From the NCBI GenBank assembly GCA_020722305.1, contig DYLB01000001.1, forward strand, positions 1,668 to 43,755: 42,088 nt of DNA, in the 5' to 3' direction. Below are positions 35,383-42,088 of this stretch, piece after piece (position 1 is the stretch's first letter; each line of letters opens with the position of its first letter). A program made the position numbers and the translations under genes. This DNA is from Anaerolinea thermophila (GTDB lineage Bacteria; Chloroflexota; Anaerolineae; Anaerolineales; Villigracilaceae). A model generated the notes under the pieces. The model did not search any database. It saw nothing but the letters and a program-made list of their open reading frames with translations, and was not told the origin of the DNA.

Positions 35383-35859
35383 TCATCGGGCAAGCGACCG
35401 GGCCAGCCGGACGATCCTGGCGGAGCCGTTGCAAATCAGCGTCTTCAGTTCCCGCGCCACTTCATTGGGGTCTGTGTCCGGTTTTGCCGGGTCGGGGATA
35501 TCGTAAGGGACTCCCTCGACGATTGCGGAAAGCAGGTGAATCCTGTTCCGCATGGACGGGAACTCGTTCTCCAAAGCCTCTTTATGCCCGGCCTCCATCA
35601 CGATGCACAGGTCGAAGCCGGAGAGCAGGTCGAGGTCAACCTGGCGGGTACGGTGGTTTTCGAGTCCCCGCAGGCCAAGCTCCCTGGCGGCCCGGACCAC
35701 GAACTGGGTCGCCGGGAACCCGGGCGGGGTCCAGGTCCCGGCGCTTTCCACACGCCAATCGCCCTCCGGCCGGGTCAATTCAAGCTGCTGTAAAAGCAGC
35801 CCGGCCGCAAGCGGGGAGCGGAACTGGTTGGCGGTGCAAACGAACAAGACAGACGGCAT
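35383..35859 (-). CDS. Low-molecular-weight protein-tyrosine phosphatase (LMW-PTP/ArsC-like fold)
   Basis: The P-loop is VLFVCTANQFRSP (CX5R-S), and there is a downstream DP acid loop (YDIPDP). Confidence 0.88.
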   Translation of the reverse strand: MPSVLFVCTANQFRSPLAAGLLLQQLELTRPEGDWRVESAGTWTPPGFPATQFVVRAARELGLRGLENHRTRQVDLDLLSGFDLCIVMEAGHKEALENEFPSMRNRIHLLSAIVEGVPYDIPDPAKPDTDPNEVARELKTLICNGSARIVRLARSLAR

Positions 35860-36230
35860 GTTGTCCTATACCCGAGGCAGGGGATCGAGACTCCGGCCGG
35901 CACGGCAGGTTGGTCTGTAGCATTACCCTTGAGACTCTATCACAACCGCGAAGATTTTGGGAGGCCGAAGTCTCCAAGCTTCGGGAAACGGCCGACAACT
36001 GGAGTTGTCGGACTCCCCATGCTTTTAGTTGCAGCAGTTGTTTGCAAAACCGGTTTATGCTAAGATATTAGTGCTTCATGGAAACATCAACGCTTTCAGA
36101 CTTTGAAAGTGATCCGCGGGAGTGATGACCCACATACCAGAGAGTCAACCATCAGACCGCTTGCGCGGATGATCGAAGTATAATACACGCCACCTGCCAA
36201 AGAAATTGACCGCCGTACAGAAGGGATGTC

Positions 36231-36935
36231 ATGGCAAAAAAAGTCTTGATTATTGATGATGATCCCGAGGTGGGGAAAATCGTCAAAGCAATTTTGAAAC
36301 CTCTGGATTTGACCCTCTATCAAGGCTATTCCGGCCCTGAGGGGTTGAAGCTCGCCTACGAGATACACCCCGACCTGGTCATCCTCGACGTGATGATGCC
36401 CGATATGGATGGCTTCGACGTATGTACGCGCCTGCGCGAGATGTCAACCGTGCCCATCCTGATGCTGACCGCCCGCAGCAACGAAAGAGACATCGTTCAG
36501 GGCTTCAATGTGGGGGTGGATGATTTCGTCAAAAAGCCTTTCAACAAGAACGAGTTCGAGGCCCGGGTGCGCGCCCTGCTCAGGCGTTCGAAAAACAGCG
36601 CCTCCAGCGCAAGCAGTTACATTACACATTACGCGGATTCCGTGCTGGAAATCGACCTGGAGAAACAGGTTGTAAAGATCCACGGTGAGCTTGTAGACCT
36701 TTCCCCCCGGGAATTCAGCCTGCTGGCCTGCCTCGTCCGCGACCAGGGCAGGATCATTACTCACCGCGAATTGGTGCGCGAAATATGGGGAGAACAGTAC
36801 GCGATGGATTCATCCTTGTCATCGCTCTATGTTTACTACCTCAGGAAAAAACTGAAGGACGGTGAAAACGGGCATCAATACATAAAAACGCTCTGGGGCA
36901 GGGGATACTGGTTCGAGCCGCGGCCGGAAGAATAG
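36231..36935 (+). CDS. OmpR/PhoB-family response regulator (receiver plus winged helix)
   Basis: KVLIIDDDPEV...LVILDVMMPDMDGF...LTAR...KPF, with a C-terminal trans_reg_C region (TLWGRGYWF). Confidence 0.93.
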   Translation: MAKKVLIIDDDPEVGKIVKAILKPLDLTLYQGYSGPEGLKLAYEIHPDLVILDVMMPDMDGFDVCTRLREMSTVPILMLTARSNERDIVQGFNVGVDDFVKKPFNKNEFEARVRALLRRSKNSASSASSYITHYADSVLEIDLEKQVVKIHGELVDLSPREFSLLACLVRDQGRIITHRELVREIWGEQYAMDSSLSSLYVYYLRKKLKDGENGHQYIKTLWGRGYWFEPRPEE

Positions 36936-37000
36936 AGTCTTTTCAATCTGGGGGCAAACCAATTTCAAAGAGAATTCAAAGAATTAAAAAGAATATTCCC

Positions 37001-37050
37001 GCTATTGTGTAATGGAAGGCAACATGCGCCTTTTGTCACAATAGCTTTTC
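37001..37050 (+). terminator. Candidate terminator after the response regulator gene
   Basis: GCTATTGTG (37001-37009) pairs with CACAATAGC (37037-37045). An inner AAGGC/GCCTT stem is present, and TTTTC follows. Confidence 0.45.
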
Positions 37051-37152
37051 GTTCGGGAGGGACCGCCATGCGCCAGAAATGCGCTTCGGAAAACACCCCT
37101 TGCTTGGGGAGGGTGTTGTTTGATATTTCACGCACAGAAACAGGGAGGATCC

Positions 37153-37902
37153 ATGCAAAAAGAGATTAACCCAGCTTCTATCCATAAATTCAATCCCCGC
37201 ACCTTGCGAATGGCCGTTTCTCGCCGGGACGCTTACTACATCGTTAAAAGACTCCTGGATCTTGGATGCGCCTTGGGGTTGTTGATCTTGCTCGCCCCGC
37301 TCATGCTGCTGGTGGCCCTGGTCATTTTCCTTTACTCGCCCGGGCCGGTCTTCTTCACCCAGGAGCGTGTCGGCGCCCGCAGGATCGGACATGGCGAGGG
37401 GGCATATTGGAAACGCGTGACTTTCAAAGTCATCAAGTTCCGCACCATGAAGGTCAACTCGGACTCGTCCATTCACCAGAATTACGTCAAGGCGCTGATC
37501 GAGAACAACCACGAAAAGATGGCCTCCATTCAGGGGCAGGATACGAAGGTCAGGAAACTAATCAACGACCCGCGCCTCATCCGCCCCGGGGCCTTGCTGC
37601 GCAAACTCAGCATTGACGAACTGCCCCAACTGTGGAACGTGGTGCGCGGCGATATGAGCCTCGTCGGCCCTCGCCCGGCCATCCCCTACGAAGTGGATCT
37701 GTATAAACCCTGGCACCTGAAAAGGCTGGAAGCCCAGCCTGGGATCACCGGCCTCCAACAGGTCACGGCCCGCTGTACCACCGATTTCGACGAACAAGTC
37801 AAGTTGGACATCCAATACATCGAAAACCAGTCACTTTGGCTGGATATCAAAATTGCTTTCAAAACCCCGCTGGCAATCATCTCCGCCAGGGGCGCTTACT
37901 AA
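37153..37902 (+). CDS. Polyprenyl-phosphate sugar phosphotransferase (bacterial sugar transferase family, WbaP/PglC-like)
   Basis: [43 protein letters not shown]...[30 protein letters not shown]. Confidence 0.9.
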   Translation: MQKEINPASIHKFNPRTLRMAVSRRDAYYIVKRLLDLGCALGLLILLAPLMLLVALVIFLYSPGPVFFTQERVGARRIGHGEGAYWKRVTFKVIKFRTMKVNSDSSIHQNYVKALIENNHEKMASIQGQDTKVRKLINDPRLIRPGALLRKLSIDELPQLWNVVRGDMSLVGPRPAIPYEVDLYKPWHLKRLEAQPGITGLQQVTARCTTDFDEQVKLDIQYIENQSLWLDIKIAFKTPLAIISARGAY

Positions 37903-37926
37903 CGCAACAATTGGAGGATTGAAAGT

Positions 37927-38961
37927 ATGAACACCTTGGACGTAAAAACCCTCAATGTTGGGATCATCGGATATGGCTATTGGGGACCAAACCTGACTCG
38001 CAACTTCTTCGAAATCCCGATGTCGGAACTGGTCGCCATATCCGATCTCAAGGGAGACCGGCTCCAACGCGCCCGCACCCTCTACCCGGATGTCGTGACC
38101 ACACCGGACTATACTGAACTCTTCGACATGGACCTGGACGCGGTCGTGATCTCTACGCCGCCCGCCACACACTATCCACTCGCCAAGGAATGCCTGGAGC
38201 ACGGCCTGCACGTGCTGGTCGAAAAGCCCCTCACCCTGAACAGCGAACACGCCGAGGAACTGATCAACCTGGCCGCGTCCAAAGGCCTGACGCTCATGGT
38301 GGGGCATACCTTCGAATACAACTCCGCAGTGATGGCCCTCAAGAATTACATCAACAATGGGGAACTTGGGGATATTTATTACCTCGACGCCGCACGCCTG
38401 AACCTGGGCCTGTTCCAAAAAGATTCGAACGTACTCTGGGACCTGGCTCCCCACGACATCTCCATCCTGCTCTACCTGCTCGGCGAGAAGCCCATCTCGG
38501 TCAGCGCCCAGGGGATGCAGAGCATATTCGAAGGCATTTACGATGTGGCTTACATGAACCTGGTCTTCCCCAACCGGGTGTCGGCCTACATCCACGTCAG
38601 TTGGCTCGACCCCTGCAAAGTGCGCCGGGTCACTGTTGTGGGCAGCAAAAAGATGATCGTCTACAACGACATGGAAGCCGAACAAAAGCTGAAAATCTAC
38701 GACAAAGGCGTAGATATGCCCACCTATACCAACGGGGGGTTCAGCGAATTCCTGTGCAGCTACCGTTCAGGCGATATTCTCATCCCAAAGATCCAACTGG
38801 TCGAACCGCTGCGCCAGGAATGCCAGCATTTCCTGGACAGCATCGTCAACCACGAGCCGCCTTGCAGCGACGGGGACGACGGCTTGAGCGTGATCAAGAT
38901 CCTGGAGGCGGCCCAGCGTTCGATGGCCAACGGCTCGACCCACGAGGTGATCCAATGGTAA
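37927..38961 (+). CDS. Gfo/Idh/MocA-family NAD-dependent sugar oxidoreductase (WbpB/GnnA-like)
   Basis: It has the N-terminal Rossmann motif VGIIGYGYWGPN and the EKPL motif (VLVEKPLT). It sits directly next to acetyltransferase and DegT aminotransferase genes. Confidence 0.85.
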   Translation: MNTLDVKTLNVGIIGYGYWGPNLTRNFFEIPMSELVAISDLKGDRLQRARTLYPDVVTTPDYTELFDMDLDAVVISTPPATHYPLAKECLEHGLHVLVEKPLTLNSEHAEELINLAASKGLTLMVGHTFEYNSAVMALKNYINNGELGDIYYLDAARLNLGLFQKDSNVLWDLAPHDISILLYLLGEKPISVSAQGMQSIFEGIYDVAYMNLVFPNRVSAYIHVSWLDPCKVRRVTVVGSKKMIVYNDMEAEQKLKIYDKGVDMPTYTNGGFSEFLCSYRSGDILIPKIQLVEPLRQECQHFLDSIVNHEPPCSDGDDGLSVIKILEAAQRSMANGSTHEVIQW

Positions 38962-39446
38962 ACGCCGAATTCGCCCGCATCGCCCCGGACGTGAAACTGG
39001 GCCGCGATGTCCGGATTTACGCTTTCGTCAACCTGTACGGCTGCGAGATCGGCGACGAAAGCAAGGTCGGGACCTTCGTCGAGATCCAGAAAGGCGTCCG
39101 GATCGGTAGGCGGGTCAAGGTCTCGAGCCATTCCTTCATCTGCGAGGGCGTCACCATCGAGGACGAGGTCTTTATCGGGCATGGCGTCATGTTCATCAAT
39201 GACAAATACCCGCGAGCCACTACCGGGTCCGGGGCGCTGCAAACCGAAACCGATTGGGTCTGCATCCCAACCCTGGTCAAGGCACGCGCCTCCATCGGCA
39301 GCAATGCTACGATCCTGTGCGGCGTTACCATCGGCGAGGGCGCCCTGGTCGGGGCCGGGAGCGTGGTCACTCGCGATGTGCCGCCGGGCGCTATCGTTGC
39401 GGGCAATCCTGCCCGGCCTATCCCAAGCAAGGAAATGAGAAAGTGA
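38955..39446 (+). CDS. Left-handed beta-helix (hexapeptide) N-acetyltransferase (WbpD-like)
   Basis: The hexapeptide repeats include IGDESKVGTFVEIQKGVRIGRRVKV and the C-terminal IVAGNPARPI. The ATG overlaps the upstream stop as ATGGTAA. The listed 418-aa ORF (38190-39446) is an upstream over-extension. Confidence 0.85.
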   Translation: MVNAEFARIAPDVKLGRDVRIYAFVNLYGCEIGDESKVGTFVEIQKGVRIGRRVKVSSHSFICEGVTIEDEVFIGHGVMFINDKYPRATTGSGALQTETDWVCIPTLVKARASIGSNATILCGVTIGEGALVGAGSVVTRDVPPGAIVAGNPARPIPSKEMRK

Positions 39447-39453
39447 GGAAAGC

Positions 39454-40563
39454 ATGAGCGTCCCATTGATTGATCTCTCCATCCAACATCAAGAGTTGCG
39501 CGCTGAAATCAGCCAGGCGCTCAACAACATCCTGGATCGCTGCGACTTCATCCTTGGCCAGGACGTGACCAGGTTCGAGGAGGAATTCGCCGCCTATTGC
39601 GGGACCAGGTACGCGGTCGGGGTGGATAGCGGCCTCTCGGCCCTCGAGCTGAGCCTGCGCGCCCTCGGCGTCGGCCCCGGGGACGAGGTGATCGTCCCGG
39701 CCCACACCTTCACCGCCACCGCGGCCGCCGTCACATTCGCAGGGGCCACGCCCGTCTTCGTGGACGCCGACCCTGTTACCTGGAACATTGACGTGGAGAA
39801 GATCGAGGAGGCTATCACGCCCCGCACCAAGGCCATCCTGCCGGTCCACCTATACGGCCTGCCCGCCGACATGAACGTCATCCTGGGACTGGCGGAAAAA
39901 CACGGCCTGGTCGTGGTCGAAGACGCCTGCCAGGCTCACGGAGCTGTTTACAAAGGGCAGAAGATCGGCAGCCTGGGGAACGCGGCTGGTTTCAGCTTCT
40001 ACCCAACCAAGAACCTGGGCGCCTGCGGGGATGCCGGCATCGTGACGACCAACAGCACCAGCGTGGCTGAAGCCGTGCGGGCGATGCGGAACTGCGGACA
40101 GCGAGTCAAGAACGTCCACGAGCTGCCGCCGTTCAACCACCGGCTGGATACCTTCCAGGCCGCGATCCTGCGCGTGAAGTTGAACCACCTGGACGAGTGG
40201 GTCGACTCCCGGCGGCGGTTGGCTCACCACTACAACCGACTCTTGGAAAATTCGGAACTCACCCTGCCGGTCGAACCGCCTGGATACCACCACGTGTATC
40301 ACCTGTACGTTGTCCGGGTCAAGAACCGGGATGCCCTGCAAACCTTCCTCAAGGAGCGCGGGATCGGCTCCGCCATCCATTATCCCCAGCCGGTCCACCT
40401 CCAGCCGTTTTACGTCCAAAAAGGGCATTACAAGGGCCAGTTCCCGGTGGCCGAAGCCCTCTGCGACGAGATCATTTCCCTGCCGATGTATCCTGAATTG
40501 ACCGAAGAGCAGGTCGAAGTGGTCGTCGCCGAGATCAACAACATGCTTGTGCCAGCGCAATAA
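39454..40563 (+). CDS. DegT/DnrJ/EryC1/StrS-family PLP-dependent sugar aminotransferase (WbpE/GnnB-like)
   Basis: 369 aa. It has a typical N-terminus (PLIDLSIQHQELRAEI) and the PLP-lysine region FSFYPTKNLGACGDAG. Confidence 0.9.
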   Translation: MSVPLIDLSIQHQELRAEISQALNNILDRCDFILGQDVTRFEEEFAAYCGTRYAVGVDSGLSALELSLRALGVGPGDEVIVPAHTFTATAAAVTFAGATPVFVDADPVTWNIDVEKIEEAITPRTKAILPVHLYGLPADMNVILGLAEKHGLVVVEDACQAHGAVYKGQKIGSLGNAAGFSFYPTKNLGACGDAGIVTTNSTSVAEAVRAMRNCGQRVKNVHELPPFNHRLDTFQAAILRVKLNHLDEWVDSRRRLAHHYNRLLENSELTLPVEPPGYHHVYHLYVVRVKNRDALQTFLKERGIGSAIHYPQPVHLQPFYVQKGHYKGQFPVAEALCDEIISLPMYPELTEEQVEVVVAEINNMLVPAQ

Positions 40564-40927
40564 AGCTGGGCGTCAGGCTATCGCATGAGAGAGCTTGCCG
40601 TAGGTAGCCGATCATGTCCGGTTTTTGGAGAACACTGCCCGCAAGCCCGGGGGTATGGGGCCTGCGGGAGCGAGTTCAGGCACTGCAACCGTTCAGAGGC
40701 GGCCGGTTTGGGGCCGACCGCCGCCCTGGGTAAAGGTGTGGTCATTCTGTGGATTTGTCCAACCCAAGGCGCCTGAACTCGCGGCTCTCCAAATTGAGGC
40801 CGAACATCCAAGACAGCTGCTCAATATTCTTCACTCAAGCGATGCCGTTGCCCAATCCCGAATACCAAGCTGATCCAAGCAAACCCTCCTGTTCCCAATG
40901 GAGCCGGATTCTATAAGGAGAATACCC

Positions 40928-42088
40928 ATGTCTAAGCACCCACTTTTGAAAAAATTGGCCGCTTTCGGGGGGTTGGATAGCCGCCACATTTCCAGGTTGC
41001 TGCTCATCCTGGCCATGGTTTTTTCGATGGCTGGTATGAACTTCGCCAGGGCCAGCGCGGCCCCGGTCAACCGGCCTATCCTGGCCGCTCCAGGACCGGC
41101 AACTTTGATTTCACCTTCGGGGTACATTGGCGCAAACTACAGCCCGACGTATTCCTGGACTGAAGTAGCCGAAGCAGAGGGATACTACCTCCAGGTGAAC
41201 GATCCAAACGGCACACCGGTCATCACCCAGTCGTATGATTCTTCGATATGCGCCGCCGGGACGTGCTCGACCACAAACAGCACCACTCTGGGCGGCGGGA
41301 TCTATACCTGGGCCATCCGCACCTGGAACAGCACGGAAGGATGGGGCAGTTGGAGCACCGCCCTGAGTTTCAGCATGGAACCCGGCACAACCATCACCAG
41401 CAGCCCGCCCAACCCCACCGCCAGTACCAGCGCCACCTTCGAATTCACAAGCGACGACCCTGCCGCAACCTTCCAATGCAAACTGGACGGCGGCAGCTTC
41501 GCCTCCTGCACCAGCCCCAAGACCTACACCGGACTGAGCGGCGGCAGCCACACCTTCCAGGTCTATGCCACGGATGCCCTCGGCAACCCGGACCCGACTC
41601 CCGCTTCATACACCTGGACCATAGACACCTCCGCCCCGAATACGAGCATCACCAGCGGCCCAGACGATCCCACTGCCAGCACCAGCGCCACCTTCGAATT
41701 CACCAGCACCGAGGGCGGCTCGTCCTTCCAATGCAAACTGGACGGCGGCAGTTACAGCAGCTGCACCAGCCCCAAGACCTACACCGGACTGAGCGGCGGC
41801 AGCCACACCTTCCAGGTCTATGCCACGGATGCCCTCGGCAACCCGGACCCGACTCCCGCTTCATACACCTGGACCATAGACACCTCCGCCCCGAATACGA
41901 GCATCACCAGCGGCCCAGACGATCCCACTGCCAGCACCAGCGCCACCTTCGAATTCACCAGTACCGAGGGCGGCTCGACCTTCCAGTGCAAACTGGACGG
42001 CGGCAGTTACAGCAGCTGCACCAGCCCGAAGACCTACACCGGACTGAGCGACGGCAGCCACACCTTCCAGGTCTACGCCACCGACAGC
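40928..42088 (+). CDS. Secreted repeat protein: signal peptide, an approximately 100-aa domain, then tandem 85-aa Ig/FN3-like repeats; runs off the right edge
   Basis: Hand translation from the ATG at 40928 (RBS AAGGAGA) gives MSKHPLLKK...LLLILAMVFSMAGMNFARASAAP... Repeats of TSATFEFTS...FQCKLDGGS(Y/F)..CTSPKTYTGLSGGSHTFQVYATDALGNPDPTPASYTWTIDTSAPNTSITSGP follow. There is no stop before 42088, so it is not in the ORF track. Confidence 0.85.
   Translation, partial: MSKHPLLKKLAAFGGLDSRHISRLLLILAMVFSMAGMNFARASAAPVNRPILAAPGPATLISPSGYIGANYSPTYSWTEVAEAEGYYLQVNDPNGTPVITQSYDSSICAAGTCSTTNSTTLGGGIYTWAIRTWNSTEGWGSWSTALSFSMEPGTTITSSPPNPTASTSATFEFTSDDPAATFQCKLDGGSFASCTSPKTYTGLSGGSHTFQVYATDALGNPDPTPASYTWTIDTSAPNTSITSGPDDPTASTSATFEFTSTEGGSSFQCKLDGGSYSSCTSPKTYTGLSGGSHTFQVYATDALGNPDPTPASYTWTIDTSAPNTSITSGPDDPTASTSATFEFTSTEGGSTFQCKLDGGSYSSCTSPKTYTGLSDGSHTFQVYATDS
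41381..42088. repeat. Tandem 255-bp (85-codon) repeats, at least 2.8 copies
   Basis: The period is confirmed by CCGAATACG at 41636 and 41891. Copies 2 and 3 differ at only a handful of bases. The 3' half of copy 1 (about 41500-41635) appears identical to that of copy 2. Confidence 0.95.

Noticed and set aside
38190-38954. The upstream 255 codons of the listed 418-aa ORF 38190-39446
   Set aside because: This part overlaps the Gfo/Idh/MocA gene out of frame and is Arg/Pro-rich. Acetyltransferase homology starts at the ATG at 38955, which overlaps the upstream stop.
40578-40873. ORFs of 63-82 aa in the spacer before the repeat-protein gene
   Set aside because: They are mutually overlapping on both strands, have no RBS, and the sequence is dominated by inverted repeats. 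I treated the region as a structured non-coding region instead.
41381-42088. A diversity-generating retroelement or CRISPR-like explanation for the 255-bp repeats
   Set aside because: The repeats are in-frame protein modules. The substitutions I compared between copies are not confined to adenine positions (they include C/T, T/A, C/G and G/A changes as well as A/G). No reverse transcriptase, template repeat or cas gene is in the window.

Overview
Visibly GC-rich bacterial chromosomal window. Gene content and style (zinc-ribbon membrane proteins, GT117, hairpin-rich intergenic repeats) suggest a Chloroflexota/Anaerolineae-like organism, but that is inference only. Left third, minus strand: a conserved housekeeping block, nusA-ylxR-infB-rbfA-nrnA-truB-ribF, followed by an edge-truncated ThyX-like ORF. 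Middle: ubiE/menG plus two other SAM methyltransferases, an isolated A/T-rich secreted-protein gene, ugd and a GT4 glycosyltransferase, ytxH, and panB-panE. Then comes a complete System I cytochrome c maturation operon in the order ccmE-F-H-G-[TM/zinc-ribbon protein]-[dihaem cytochrome c lipoprotein]-ccmA-B-C-D. Right third: an SLT-domain secreted protein, a membrane-anchored Fe-S/CCG (HdrD/DsrK-like) oxidoreductase, a decayed hicB antitoxin remnant, an LMW-PTP/GT117/aminotransferase operon, an orphan OmpR-type response regulator, a WbpB/D/E-like 2,3-diacetamido-sugar cluster with a priming sugar transferase, and an edge-truncated secreted protein made of near-identical 255-bp repeats. I saw no rRNA, tRNA, CRISPR array, transposase or integrase. 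The most unusual signals are (1) a CxxxY-type CcmE together with a retained CcmH and module-shuffled TM/zinc-ribbon/cytochrome genes in and next to the ccm operon, (2) several kinds of short tandem (7-9 nt) arrays in intergenic spacers and even inside ORFs, and (3) a modular hairpin-rich repeat family present three times within 7 kb. I found no clear-cut novel multi-gene system. All product calls rest on motif recognition by eye, with no database search.
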